64,000 nt of DNA, taken from NCBI RefSeq assembly GCF_009914755.1, contig NC_060940.1, one strand, 5' to 3'. Shown piece by piece: positions 30,390-46,439 of the stretch (position 1 is its first letter; every line of letters starts with the position of its first letter). This stretch comes from the human T2T-CHM13v2.0 reference genome, Homo sapiens. Both the position numbers and the translations under genes were made by a program. The notes below the pieces were generated by a model, which was not told where the DNA came from, did no database searches, and saw nothing but the letters and a program-made list of their open reading frames with translations.

Positions 30390-30909
30390 TAGAGTTTTAA
30401 GTTTTCTCCATACACATCTCAGAGATTTTGTGTTAGATGTATTTTTAGGGTAGCTTATATTTTTTCTTTTTTCTCAGAAGGTCCTTGTTGAATTGAGATA
30501 TAATTTACCTACAGTAAAATTCACCCATGTTAAGTGTGTAAGTCAATGACTTTTAACACATGTCCGCCCCTGTGTAACTGCCACCACAGTCGAATAGGGA
30601 ACATTTTTCACTCCCTTGACAGGCAATCCTCTCCACTCCAGACCCAGCAATTGATACATTGTTTGTCGTCAGTATATAATAATTTTGCATTTTTAAAAAA
30701 GAACTTCATGTAAATGGAATCACACACTATTCCAGTTTATCTGTCTGGGTTCTTTTACTCAGTATGATGTTTCTGCAAGTCATCTGTGTGGTTTCATGTA
30801 TTTTTATTGCTGAGTAGTAGCTTTTTCTTTGAAACTTTGAGAATCAGAGTTTCATTGTTTTTCTCTTTCCTCTACTCTTGCCCCACACCAATGAGCTTTT
30901 TGGTGAGCC

Positions 30910-31721
<812 letters not shown>

Positions 31722-32072
31722 TGAGCACAAAGAGTATTCATGTGTTCTCTTGTCCTAAAAACCACAGCCAGTGGCCCTGTGCCCACCCTCCTGCTTTCAA
31801 CTATGCTTTCTAGACCCCCTTCTAAGGATGGTGGTGGGTGGCTGCCCTTAACCATTGGCTGGCAGCTTGATTCCAATCAAAAGAGGGAAATCCCACAACT
31901 AAACAGGGCCATAACTCCCTGTCCATTGGGGAACTCTGGGCAGCCGGGACTTTAGGAACTGCTGAACTTTCTGTTGAGTGGTCTCCAGCTTCCTACAGGG
32001 GGCTACTGGGGCAGTAACTGGCCTTAGCGGTTGTTCCCAGAGGGTCCTTCACGGGTTGTCTTTGTCTTTCAG

Positions 32073-32200
32073 GACAATCCTGAGAAGACAGCTGCATCAG
32101 AACAAGGGGACTTTTACATCACAGGGGACCGAGCTCGCATGGACAAGGATGGCTACTTTTGGTTCATGGGAAGAAACGACGATGTGATCAATTCTTCAAG
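32073..32200 (+). CDS. ACSM5: ACSM5 exon 11 (DNPEKT...TGDR...[10 protein letters not shown])
   Basis: ttcag| acceptor, AG|gtcaag donor; 128 nt; hinge motif. Confidence 0.95.
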
Positions 32201-32288
32201 GTCAAGCTGTCTGCACTTCCCTCCTCCCTTTGAAATTTCATGGGGGTTGAGGGAAGCCCACTTGGAAGAGTTTGTTTTTCCCTTCCAG

Positions 32289-32388
32289 CTACCGGATCGG
32301 GCCTGTTGAAGTGGAAAGTGCCCTGGCAGAGCATCCTGCTGTCCTGGAGTCGGCTGTGGTCAGCAGCCCAGACCCCATCAGGGGAGAG
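32289..32388 (+). CDS. ACSM5: ACSM5 exon 12 ([12 protein letters not shown]...IRGE)
   Basis: ttccag| acceptor after an 88-nt intron, GAG|gtaacc donor; 100 nt. Confidence 0.95.
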
Positions 32389-32850
32389 GTAACCAGTGCA
32401 CCCAAGAACATGGCCTCCTGCTTCTGTACCTATTAGCACCCAGCAGAACAAGCAGGAAGGCTCAGATTGTCCTGTATTTCACCTCCATCCTTGTGCCACA
32501 AAGTTGAAATGCCACCATCAGACACACGTTGCCTTCATGTCTTTAGAGATACAATTACTCTCTAAAGGGACATAATGGGAAAACACCAACACTTTGCTTT
32601 TAAATGGACACAACTACATCCCAGAGAGGCTGGCTATGGGGCAGGAGATCTTAGGGGGAGGTGCAGGCTCTGTTATCCATCCTGTCTAATAAAAAGTCTT
32701 TTCTATTTGCAGATGAGGACATAGCAAGCACACCAGTAATAGTTGCTGATGGCTGTAACCTAAGAGGGATAGAATATGTATCCAAAATGACCTACATATA
32801 CCAGAAAGATGGGCCAAATTTAATAAGCTGGGCTTTCATAGGAGAAATCC

Positions 32851-33147
32851 TTTTTTTTTTTTGAGATGGAGTCTTGCTGTGTTGTCCAGGCTGAAGTGCA
32901 GTGGCATGATCTTGGCTCACTGCAACCTCCGCCTCCCAGGTTCAAGTGATCTTCCTGCCCCAGCACCCCCCAGTAGCTGGGATTACAGGCACATGTCACC
33001 ACACCTGGCTAATTTTTGTATTTTTAGTAGAGACAGGGTTTTGCCTTGTTGGCCAGGCTGGAGGTCTTAAATTCCTGACCTCAGGTGATCCACCCACCCC
33101 GGCTCCCAAAGTGCTGGGATTACAGGCGTGAGTCACCGTGCCCGGCC
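32851..33147 (-). mobile_element. Alu (AluS-like)
   Basis: TSD aggagaaatc. Confidence 0.9.
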
Positions 33148-33693
33148 AGGAGAAATCTTTCTGTGGGTCCCAGAGGAATGCATATTATGGGAAAGATCAG
33201 CTAACAGGCAGACTTAGGTACTTTTCACTGGCTTACATCCAACATAATCCTAAAGCACAACAGTTACCTTTTGAAAGTTAGTGCAACATTAGCCTGCATT
33301 CTCAGAAGCATCAGGACCACAGGAGAGATTCTCAAAGTCTGGTTCTTGGACTGCTTGCAACTGTATCATCTGAGATTCTTGTTTAAAATATAGATTTGTA
33401 GACCTAAAGTCAGACTTACCAAATCATGATGACTGGGAATGCAGCCCAGAGAATCTGCATTTTAGCCAGCCATTCTTGGCCAAGTGATTCCCCTCTAAAA
33501 TCCAAAGCCATTAATGTATAATAAGGGCAGTGTGGAGTCCCATTGATGTGCTGAAGAAATCATACCTCAAACGTATGCCTAGTTCTGCATGCCGTGAGTT
33601 AACTGGGACTGTGACAAATGGCTGTGTGCTCAAACTTAATCCATGTATGGTGCTTAGAACTGAGTCTGGTGTGTAGAAAGTGCCCAACACATA

Positions 33694-34018
<325 letters not shown>

Positions 34019-34817
34019 TTACAGTAGTAAGAGTAAGAGGAAGCTCTTTCTAAAAGCATATCTGTCTGAACATGAAATGATAGTGGCCTTCCTCCCTGTG
34101 GGAAGTATGCAAGGACAGTGAGCTACCCCTTTAATAGAATACTGTTAACAGATAGGAATGCTGGAATTAATAAGCATCCAAGTGACCTTCCATTCCTAAC
34201 AGAAACTATGTTTGTTGTGCTTGAGTCTGGGACACTTCCTCCTGCCTGGCATAAGACAGCCTGCAGGAAAGTTGTGGGCAGAGAGACCCAAGGTGCAGAG
34301 TGTCCCTCGGGATGTCTGGAACAGAAGTGGTGCAGTTCAGGGTCTGCTGATTGCAAATGTTCATCCGTGCAGACCCCCAAAGACCTAGTTCCCCTTGCAA
34401 GTGCCTGCATTTTCCTCAATCCCACCTGTTCAAACTCATGCCTACCTACCTTTCTCATTAGGAAAATCTGGAAGAAAATGGCCCTAGGAGTTTATGAACC
34501 TCTTTTCTCCAAAATATTTGCTTCTTAAGAGAAGCGATGTTGGCTTCAAATGGTGTCATTCCAAGTATGGGGAGTAATTTGAGAAAGAGGTAGGAGTTTG
34601 AAATCATCCCAGAAAGGTCAATCCTCCTAATAGTCACACCTGGAAGGGCCAGCAAAAGAAAAATTGATGTTGTTTGTGTCATTGGCTGTGCCCAAAAAAA
34701 ACTAGTAGAACTTTCATGGTGCAAAGGTAAATGTAGGCACTTATTCAAGGCTCACTTAAGGAGAAAAGAGTTGTTATACGATGCCTGATCTTTTCTGGGT
34801 ATTTTGTTTTCCTGCAG

Positions 34818-34937
34818 GTGGTAAAGGCATTTATAGTCCTTACTCCAGCCTACTCCTCTCATGACCCAGAGGCACTAACGCGGGAACTCCAGGAGCATGT
34901 GAAAAGGGTGACTGCTCCATACAAATACCCCAGGAAG
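34818..34937 (+). CDS. ACSM5: ACSM5 exon 13 (VVKAFIVL...YKYPRK)
   Basis: ctgcag| acceptor, AAG|gtaaat donor; 120 nt. Confidence 0.95.
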
Positions 34938-35361
34938 GTAAATATCAGGGTTTCCAGGGCACAGTGATCTGGGAATCAGATGGGCACGCTCTGCCTGGGC
35001 TCCCACTCAGAGCCAGGCCCTGTGCCAGGCACTGGGGATATGGAGAAACTTGTAACCCTGGCTGCTGCTTCAGCTTTTTTCTGTATTTCTTCACTTGGAT
35101 TCTCCCCAAAGCACATTTTGCTCCTGCTCTAAGAACAGCCTGATCCCTACCACAAATCAGATACAAGAGGTAGTGCTCAAATGCTGTCAAAATGATCCTG
35201 TGCTCCAGGCTCCAGCTGTTTTGCTTCTGGCCATTTAGGGGGAAACCCTGAATCAGGGACGCTTTCCAAGGACAGGCAGACAGTATTGTCTCTTTCAAAA
35301 CAAAAGTCTTTTTGAGAAATGATGATTTCCAAGTGTTTTTTGTTTTGTGTTTGGTCACTAG

Positions 35362-35445
35362 GTGGCCTTTGTTTCAGAACTGCCAAAGACGGTTTCTGGA
35401 AAGATCCAAAGGAGTAAATTGCGAAGTCAGGAGTGGGGGAAATGA
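35362..35445 (+). CDS. ACSM5: ACSM5 exon 14 coding part (VAFVSELPKTVSGKIQRSKLRSQEWGK*)
   Basis: ctag| acceptor; catalytic-Lys A10 motif PKTVSGK; TGA at 35443-35445. Confidence 0.95.
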   Translation: MAFVSELPKTVSGKIQRSKLRSQEWGK

Positions 35446-35863
35446 GGTGCACCCCAGGAAGGCCCCGTAGACCTCCGAAGACTCCACAAGAAACTAATGG
35501 ATCACTGGTCAGTCCCCATGGGGAGCATCATCTCTTCGACCCTAAAGATGTCAAAGGTGTGCAGCTTCCAAACGGCATCCCCAGGATCACTGGGCAATGC
35601 TGGAAAGAGCAAAAGAATATCATTGGCCCTGATCACATAGATGCTGCGCCGCCTAGCAAATGCTTGGTGGTTCGACTTCTCCCTCTGTCTGGGGGCAGGC
35701 TCAGCATCTGCCCACTGGTCTCACTAAGAGCTTTCAGATTTCCCTCCATAGGACAGGTTACCATAGACTTGGGGCACTTGTGGGTACTCATTCTCTGCCA
35801 GTGGGAATGTAAAGGCTTCATCCTTTGTATGTAACCATTTGGCAAAAGTATGCAGGAACATAA

Positions 35864-35869
35864 AATAAA
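35864..35869 (+). terminator. Probable ACSM5 polyadenylation signal AATAAA
   Basis: First AATAAA about 420 nt after the stop; alternatives ATTAAA 35967-35972 and AATAAA 36180-36185. Confidence 0.6.
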
Positions 35870-36424
35870 ATATCCTTTAGCTCAGAAATTCTATCTTCGG
35901 GAGTCACCACAAAAGAAAAAAATCAAAATGCAGAAAATGTGTGGTGCACTAAGATGATCACACAGCATTAAAACTAAAAAAAAAAAAGAAAAAATTAACA
36001 ATTAACATCCAAACAACAAGGAAATGATTAACAAAACTGTAGTAGATTAACTCAATTACATATGATGTAGCCACTAAAATATTTGAGAGCAGTTTAGTAT
36101 GTCTTGGGAAAAGTGTAAGCTATATTAATTTTAAAAATCAGAGCAAAAATATTCATACTGGAGAATCCCAACTCTGAAAAATAAAGGGAAAACTGTAGTT
36201 AATTGTAATCCTCCTGGAGATTGAGGAGGGAGGGAGAGAAAATAATGGATGGTAGTTTTTCTTCTTCCTTTTTCCATTACATTTCTGTATTTTCCAAGTT
36301 TTTGTACGAAGCACATACAACTATTTTAATGAAAAAGTTATGTTAAAGAAAGCACACTCTGCTTCATGTCTAGTTCTTCCTCCACATACTCATACATCAA
36401 CCCCAAAGACTGCTGTATTATGTC

Positions 36425-36929
36425 TGTATTAGTCAGCATTCTCCAGAGAAAGAGAAGCAATAGGACATATTTAGACACAGGAGAGGGGATTTATGATGGG
36501 AATTGGCTCACTCGATTTTGGAGACTGAGAAGTTCCACAATCTGCCATCTGCATGCTGGAGACCCAGGAAACCCCGTGGTATAATTCCATCTGAGTCCAA
36601 AGACCTGAAAACCAGAAGAGCCAATGTTATAACTCCCTGTCCGAGTGCAAAGGATCGAGAACCAGGAGCTTCACCGTCTGAGGACAAGAAAACACAGATG
36701 TTCTAGCCCAAAAGGAAGGAGCAAATTCCTCTTTTCTCCTTTTTCTCCTCTTCATGCCCTAATGGATTGGATGATGCCTGCCCACGTGGGTGAGGGCAGA
36801 TTTTCTTAGTCTATAGCTCTATCTCTAATATCACCTGGAAACACCTCCCAGAGACACCCAGAAGTAATGTTCACAGCTATCTGGGGACTCTTAACCCAGT
36901 CAAGTTGACACCTAACATTAACCGTCACA
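36425..36929 (-). mobile_element. MLT2-family solo LTR (ERVL)
   Basis: TG...CA ends, 5-bp TSD ATGTC. Confidence 0.8.
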
Positions 36930-37168
36930 ATGTCTTATCCAGGAGGGGCATAAAGACGTGCAGCCACAGCTCAGGCCTGCAAACAGGAAAGGGTGGTTCT
37001 GGGAGCAACCCTGGAGGAAAAGCAGCAGATGGAAACTGAAGCAATCCCAGTGCTGCTGACCCCACCCCCAGCACCTCCACACCCTCCAGGGAAAATTCAG
37101 TGAGCACCTACTCAGTACTGAGCTCTGAGACTGCAGTGATACACCAAAGCCAGCCTAGTCCCTACCTA

Positions 37169-37580
37169 TGTGAGTTTTCTGGGGCTGCCATAACAAAGTA
37201 CAACAGACTGCGCCATTTAAACAACAGAAATTAATGTCCTCACCGTTGTGGAGGCTGGAGGTCTAGGATCAGGGGTTGGCAAGGTTGGTTTCATTCTGAG
37301 GATGTTTCCTTGGTTTGTAGATCGCCGTCTTCTCCCTCTGTCTTCACGTGGTCTTTCTTCTGTGCATGTGTGTCTGGGGCCCAATCTCCTCTTCTTCTAA
37401 GGACACCTATCATGTCAGATTGGATTAGGGCCCACCCTCATGACCTCACTTTAACTTAATCACCTCTTTAAAAACCTTGTCTCCAAAGACAGTCACAATC
37501 TGAGGTACTGGGAGGAACTGGGGTATCTGGGGTTAGGACTTCAACATAAGAATTTGGGGAAACACATTTCAGCCCAAATC
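37169..37580 (-). mobile_element. MLT1-family LTR
   Basis: 'gggctgccataacaaagta' ... 'ttcagccc' MLT1 motifs. Confidence 0.7.
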
Positions 37581-37711
37581 CTTGTGGAGTTTAGTCTAGT
37601 AGGAAGGTCATTATTATTTATCACAGAATAATGCAAGTAAATGTACAATTGTAATGCCATGAAGAAAAGAATACATTTAAGACACAGACTGGAGGAACTG
37701 ATCAAGACTCA

Positions 37712-38030
<319 letters not shown>

Positions 38031-38470
38031 CATAAATCGGCTCTGTCTAGGCAGTGGGCAAGGCGAACCCACTGAGCAGTTACAATTCCCTTCCATCAAG
38101 CCCACCTGCTGGCTTTATCAGCAGCCTTTTGTCATACACAGGCTGGAGGTGAGTGAAGCTCCAAAGTCAAGTTGGGATTACTTCTGAGCATGCCATGTAA
38201 CACCCTCTCATTAAACGGTGGTTTTCTGTTACCCTGGTCTCCACTTGGAGCTTCAGCCAAGATTCTGAGACAACAGAGGAAGTCCCATTTAACATTCTCT
38301 TTCATGGGTGTCATAGCTCATTGCTATTGCTTATTATTTTAGGTTTGTTTTGCCTGTCTTTCCTAGTAGATTGTGGACTCTTCTAGATCATAGGCTAGAT
38401 GATAGTCTTGTCCGTCTTCCCAGTGCCAATATCAGGACCTGCTGCCTAGTAGGTATCAGTAAATAGTCAT

Positions 38471-38518
38471 TGAATGAATGAATGAATGAATGAATGAATG
38501 AATGAATGAATGAATGAA
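38471..38518 (+). repeat. (TGAA)12 microsatellite at an L2 3' end
   Basis: Perfect 12 units preceded by L2-type 'tagtaggtatcagtaaatagt'. Confidence 0.9.
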
Positions 38519-39039
38519 AAATAAGATACTAATTGAGGGGAATAAGCAGCTGAAGAGGCGTCAAGCAAGAATTACACCTGAAGACCGTTCACCTCTTTTT
38601 TCTTTCCAAATGAATATATCTGTTTATTTTCTTGAGTGCTGAAAAATTCTTAATAGAAACCTAACAGTTCTATCTTGTACACAGGCAGGTGACTTTCCCT
38701 CTCTAGGCCTCTTTTTCCACATCTCTATATTGGGGGCTGGAGTGTAATACTAGACCTACTTTCCCCAGCCTTTCCATTGCTGTGGACTCCTTTCTATCAT
38801 TCTGCCATCATGTTTGGAAAGATTTTCTCTCAAAGTTCATACTTCTTCCAATCCACTATGTCCATCAGAATTTGAGGTGGTGTCAGCTTTTATTGGGTAA
38901 TGATGCTTGTATGTTAGCTATTAATTTTATTTTATTTTTCTTGTTTCAGTTTTTATCTTGGTTTTGATAAATAATCCTTAGCTAGAAAGGGCCCAACCTC
39001 CTATTGTGCAATGTGGTAAATCACAGCAACAACTTTTGG

Positions 39040-39349
<310 letters not shown>

Positions 39350-39777
39350 TAAGGTAAGGAGAGAATCAAGGAAGTCCAAGATATGCCAAGATGGGAGCAC
39401 TGATCCTTTCATTTCAGGGTTTCTGCCTGAGAATCCACAGCTCACCTTATACACTTCCAGTAATAAAGATGAAGAGGATTATGAGGGTGGTGGTGGTGAT
39501 GATGATGATAGTAAACCACTACCACTGGTTGAGCTCTTTCTTAACTGTTGAACTTCAGTGTGGGCTTACTAGACATTATCTCATTTAAGCCCCGCAAAAA
39601 GCAATAAAGTAGGTATCTTTCATTCATCCCTTCATTTAGCAAAAAATGATTCTATTCCTACTCTGTACCCAGCACAGTTCTAGGCACTGAGGATACAGCA
39701 GTGAATGAAAGAGACAGAAACCCCTGACTTCTGGAAATGGCAACCTTGTGAAAAGAGGGATAACAAACAAAGAACTA

Positions 39778-39857
39778 TTAGGTTGGTACAAAAGCAATTG
39801 CGGTTTTTGCCATTCCTTTTGATGGTAAAAACCGCAATTACTTTTGCACAAATCTAA
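39778..39857. mobile_element. MADE1 mariner MITE (80-bp palindrome)
   Basis: ttaggttggt...aaaagcaattgcggtttttgcc / ggtaaaaaccgcaattacttttgc...ctaa inverted arms. Confidence 0.9.
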
Positions 39858-40509
39858 TTTTAAAAATTAGAGTATGTCGGACAGTGTCAGTGCTAAGGAG
39901 GAAAATAAAGTACAAGTAGTGAATAGGGACTACGGAATGGTGGTGCAGGATTTTAAATAGGGTAGCCAGGAAGGGGTTTGCGAGGACCACGTTTGAGCAA
40001 ACCGAAAGGTGAGGGAGCGAGCTGTGCAGATGTGGGGGTCGGGGAGGACACTGTCCCAGAGACAGAAGAGCAGGTTCAAAGGCCCTGAGACAGAAACAAT
40101 CGCCTGGTGATCCCCATTTTACAGAAGAGAGATCTGAGGCTCAGAAAGATGGAGTCACTCATCCAAACTTGCACAGCTGTAAGTGGCAGAGCTGGGATTC
40201 GAATGCCAGGCCCGATACCACCAAAACCTGCATTTGTTTCTCATTTTCTCATATTTTTCAATTCAGACACTGAGGATGTAGGCGTTGGGGCATCGGCAGA
40301 GTGCTTAAGAGCTAGACGTGATGTGAACCAGACCTGGGTTCAGGTTTTGTGGTGCCACTTACCTCCTTGGGTGGCTGACTTGAACTGTCTGAGCCTCAGT
40401 TTCCACATGCTGAATTGGGGATAATAATAGATAACTGCTAGGGTTATAGAGGTGGTTGAACGAAACACCTGCACAGTTTGTGGCACACTAAATGCTCTCT
40501 CAATAAATG

Positions 40510-40903
<394 letters not shown>

Positions 40904-42296
40904 TAAGATTCTGCACCCCAGAAGACTGGTGAGTTTCCCACCTTCATGCAAGGGGTCTCTGGGTGAGTTGCCTCGTGAAAGCTCCTAATAACCATTGAAA
41001 TAGCAGTTTCTTTCCAAAGCACTAATTATGTACCTGGTATTTATCATATGCCTCGGCTCCTCAAACTGCAGCAAACAAACTCCATGGAAGAGAAAAAAAT
41101 GGGACTCCAGAGACTTGAAACCACGGCCACTTGTCAGATGCAGCCCCCAACTCTGAAAGTGAGAAGCAGAGACAAAGTTATCTCCTGAACCACATGGATA
41201 CTTTTGAGCAGGTTTTTCAGATCAAACATAAGGCTTTGCAGAAGTCTAGCACTTTGCATTGTTCTCCACGTCTAAGAGTCTTAGGGGAGCAGCATCCCAC
41301 CCCTCTGGCAGCCGGACAACTGAGAAGCCTCCAGAATTGTCTTGCTCAGGCTTTACCATGACCCTACCAGATAGATGCTATTTTTATCTCCATTTTGTAC
41401 AGGAGGAAACTGAGGCACAGTGGGTCAGTGTGTGTGTTCTTTTGGTAAGTGGTACAGCCGAGATTTAAAATGGGTCCTCTGATGGCAATTCTCAGGCATT
41501 GTCTCTTGCTCCAGGCTGCCTCCAAAACCTTGGCTCCATCCAGCCAGACCACCAAAGACTTCCTGAGACAATCAGAGGTGGAATGTGATAAAGAAAATCT
41601 GTTTTTCCCGCGATGATTCCTGACTGAAAACCCCCTGCCCTGGGAAATTCTGAGCCCCCACCACGGAGTTCTGCTCCCAGCATTTCCCCAGCAACTCCAG
41701 CACTTTTTCTATTTTCCCCCAACATTGAATCCCCACTGTGGGTCAGATTCTAGGGACACAAAGGTGGCCAGCTGATTGTGCACAGCCTCCAACAGTGACC
41801 ATTTCAAACCATTTTCTTTTAAAATGGCTCTTTGCCGAAACACGGTGTTCCCTATGAGAAGGACACTGGACTTTGAAGTTAGATTTGAGTCCTGTTGTAG
41901 CACTTACCAGCTGCAGGAGCTTAGCCAAATTTCTAGTCCTCTCTGAGCCTCAATTTCCTTATCTATAAAATGGGGCTCTGGATACCTCTCTTGTAGAGTT
42001 CTTGTTTAGATTACATGTGAGCACTTCTATAAAACACTGAAGACATGAGCTAGCCGTTATTCTTTATAAACAGTCATCAGGAGAATTTTGATTTTCCACC
42101 TCACAGATTTCCCACAGGAATGTGCTGTCCTGAAATGTGTCTAAAGGTCAAAATTTGAAAAACAGAAAGAATGGAAAAGAAAGTCAGCAAAGTCCAGCAT
42201 CATGACTTGGCAGTGTCCCCAGTGGCCAGGTGCAAAGGAGCACCCAGAGAGGTGTTTTCAGACCACTGTAAATAGTGTGAGTGCTATTTAGGACTT

Positions 42297-42890
42297 ACAC
42301 ACACTCAGACACATGCACACACACACAAATATAGATACAGCCACACACATCTGCAGTTTCACTGCCACACATAGACACTCACACATGCAAGCACACACAA
42401 ATATCTAGTCACACTTCTAGACACTCACACACATGAATACACACAGTTACACTTACAATCTTATGCACATGCCAAACTCATAAACAGATACATAGACATA
42501 CACTTAACTACAGAGCTACATATACATGACAGTCACACACATAGTTACATACACAGTCTCACACATACATTCACACACATCCACATGTACCAACACACAT
42601 GCATGCATGTAAGTATACATAAACACCTGTACACCTGCGCATACAGCTCTACACACACTTGCACACATGTACACATACACAGTCTCACATACATCCATGT
42701 ACTGACACATAGGCACACATGGGCACAAACATGCACAACCTTACACACAAGTCTTTACACACAGAACCGCACACACATAACAGCTATACATACATCCCAC
42801 AGTCACATGTGCACACACAAAAACATACATGCATGCACTTAGGCTATCTCACATACACAGCTATGTACTTCACACAGGCACACACATTAT
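42297..42890 (+). repeat. Degenerate CA/CAT-rich low-complexity tract
   Basis: About 600 nt of imperfect (CA)n. Confidence 0.9.
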
Positions 42891-43702
42891 AACAACATGT
42901 TTTCTTTTCTTTACAGCCCTTATTCATTCTCTCAGCTATTTACTGAATGTTTACTGTGTGCTAGCTACCGTTAAAAGTCCTTGAGCTAAATCATTGAACA
43001 AAATGAGCAAAAATATCTGCCCTCATGAAGCTTAGATTCTAATGGAAAGAGAGAGAGGCAAAAATAGTAAGTAAGTATGTTAGCAGGTAGTGAGTATTAG
43101 AGACAATAGTGCCTAGTAATGAGGAGGAGGAAGAACCAACTTGGAGGTGGGTTGCCGTTTTGAGAAGGTGGTCAAGGTAAGCTTCATTGAGAAGTTGACA
43201 AAAATATTTAGCAAGGAAATAAAGTAGGAGAGGGAGTTATCCATGTAGATATCTATGAAAAATCAGTCTGAGAAGAGGAAACAGCAAGTGCAGATACCCT
43301 AAAGGCAGAGTGTGACTTCAAGGAACAGGAAGAAAGCCCTTGTAGTTGACATGCAGTGAATAAGGGGGTAAAGGAACAGGACATCAAACCAGAGATGAAG
43401 AGAGTGTGTGAAAATCTTACCAGACCTTGAATAATGAGGTAAAAACTCTGAAGTTAATTTTGCATGAAACTGAGATTCACCGGTAGGTTGTGAGCAGAGG
43501 TGTGACATGATCTGACCTCTGACTTATCCTTTACAGTATATAAAATGAACTTCATTACTTTACATGTTATTATCTGTGTCACTTCTGAACAGGAATGAAT
43601 CTGTCATGGTCACCTCTGTGTCTACCTGAGAGTAACACTCAGTCAATATTTGTTGACTACTTGATAAGGACAGACATTTCCAAGGAGAAAAGTGTTCTGA
43701 GG

Positions 43703-45480
43703 TGCTCCAGTTTGGATGTTTGCTCTCAATAAAACTCATATTGAAATTTGAGATGGAACCTTACAGGAGGTATTTGAGTCATGAGGGAGAATCCCTCATG
43801 AATAAATTAATGCCCTCCCTAGGGAGTGAGTGAGTCCTAATCCTATTATTCCCCACAAGAGCTGGTTGTTGCAAAGAGCCTGGCATCTCCCCACTATCTC
43901 TCTTGCTTCCTCTCTCACCATGTCATCCATGCACACGCCAGCTCCCTTTCACCTTCTACCATGAATAGAAGCATCCCGAGGCCCTTGCCAGCTGCAGATG
44001 CCCAATCTTGAAATTTCCAGCTATCAGAATCATGGGCCTAATAAACATTTCTGAAATAAATTACCCAGCCTCAGATATTTCTTTATAGCAATGAAAAATG
44101 GACTACAACAGGAAATTGTTGCCAGGGAGTAGGGTATTGCTATAAAGATACCTGAAAATATGACAGCAGCTTTGGAACTGGGCAATGGAAAAGGTTGGAA
44201 GAGTTTGGATGGCTCAGAAGAAGACAAAGAGTTGAGGGAAAGTTTGAAACTTCTTAGAGATTGGTTAAATGGTTGTGACCAAAATGCTGTCAACGTAAAA
44301 TAGTCAAAAGAGTCAGCATCTAGTTAAAAGAGCTCATTCAAGCACAAAGTATGAGTGCGGCCATCCAGGGAGCACAGCTATTCCAAAGAATGGTGAGCAG
44401 TGTTGTGCTCCTGGTGTAGGGGAAAATGAGGATTGCTTATACCAGCAAAATGAAGTTGCTGAACAAAATTACAACATTTTCCATAAAAAAGGTTAACATA
44501 CAGATATAAGATTTCATTGGCTACTTTTGATTACACGCTAAAGGGATAGTTTAACATTCTATTAAAAGGAGACAGTCACAAGGGTCTCTATCTTCACTTT
44601 GTTTAGCTCAGTTTTGAATAAAGAAGAGTCTAGTTAATGTATAACATTTCAACACAAAGGTCAGAAAGCAACGGTCATGCACCAGAATCAGGGGAAGTTG
44701 TGTTACCTCAGTCAGCTTTCAGGCCTTAAGTTTTCCCTTTTGCATGATAAATTTGGAAGGTCCTAAATTTAAATTTTTTACAATGCTGATAGAAATATAG
44801 ACAGTACAGGCCATGCCGAAAAATCTCAGATAGAAATGAGAAACTCATTGGAAGCTGGAGCAAAATTCACCCATGTTACTCTGTAGCAAAGAACTTGGGT
44901 GCACTGTGTCCATGCCCTAAGGCTTTGTGGAAGGCTGAACTAAGAGTGATGACCTACGGTGTCAGGTGCAAGAGATATCTAAACAGCAAAGTGCTCAAGA
45001 AGTGATGTGGTTACTTTTAACAGCTTATGTTAAATTGTGACAGCAAAGGAATGACCTAAAGCCTGTGTTTATAATTAAAGGGGAAGAAGAGCATTAAAAT
45101 TTGGATAATTATCAGCCTGCACATAGTGGTAGAGAAGAAAAGAGAATTTTCAGGAGAGGAGTCCAAGAAAGTGTCAGAACAACTCTGCTAAAGCATGACC
45201 AAAAGGGGGCCTGGTGCTAATAGGATAATAGGAAGAAGGTTCCAAAGGCATTTCAGAAACCTTTGGGGCTGCTCCTCCCATCACAGGCCCAGAAGACTAA
45301 CAAAGACAGAATGGTATTAATTCTGCAGGCACCCAGAATGTAGGGGCCATAGATGCTTGGTGGTAAGATCCTCTACAAAGAATTCCCTCTAGGGAAATGC
45401 CTCATGAAGCCATGGGAGTGGGGCCACCCCCAAGACACAGAACTGTAGGATCACCAATTTGCAACTCTAGCCTGAGAGAG
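43703..45480 (+). mobile_element. MST (MaLR) LTR (43703-44110) plus MST-internal, interrupted by an ERV1-type LTR
   Basis: MST LTR start and end motifs; internal 'gctataaagatacctgaaaat'. Confidence 0.75.
44288..44782 (-). mobile_element. ERV1-class solo LTR (MER41/MER4-group-like) nested in MST-int
   Basis: TG...CA ends; 4-bp TSD ATGC (44284-44287, 44783-44786); subfamily uncertain. Confidence 0.65.
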
Positions 45481-45517
45481 CTGAAGCATGGGCTGATACC
45501 AGCTATAAGACAATGTT

Positions 45518-45805
<288 letters not shown>

Positions 45806-46439
45806 TATGAAGAGATATAAAGAGTTTTTTTCCCTGTTGAGTTTTGGGCTTACTTGGACAGTGTTGGGTTGGGTTGGAACAGGGAAGAGAATGGGTCAGA
45901 CTCTGAGTGTAGCCTGCAGGTGGATCTGATGGCTTTTTCACATCCATGTGAGAAAGAAAAGAGTCAGGGCAATCTCTAAGATTTGATGTTGGAAGAACTA
46001 GAGGAATAGGGGTGACATTTGCTGAGATGGATAAAACCATACCTGGAATGAGAGTGGCCAGGGAAGGATGTGATCAACCTCTTAGCTTTGGACAAAGTAT
46101 GTTTGAGATGCCTGTTAGATATCCAGGTGGAGAAGTCAGGAAGATGAGGATGCAGGAGAGAAAACCAGGTTGGATACACACGTGTGGGGGCCATTGGCAA
46201 GCCACATGGTATCCAAGCTATGACATTTGATGAGATAATGTACAGAGTGAACGTGGATAAAGATGAGGAGGAATCAGCAAAAGAGAAGGAAAGCAAGAGG
46301 AAAACCAGGCAAAAGTGGTATGCTGGAACCAAGCAAAACAAAGAATTAAAGGAGTGTTCATCAAGCCTATGTGAGCTCCATTTCTCTCTCTTGGGTTGAA
46401 GCAATAATTTTCTGTCAGTCCTGGGCATAAACCTGCTTC

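Noticed and set aside
35975-35995. A-rich run after ATTAAA as a poly(A) tail or retrocopy
   Set aside because: Genomic A tract; more likely an internal-priming artefact source than a feature.
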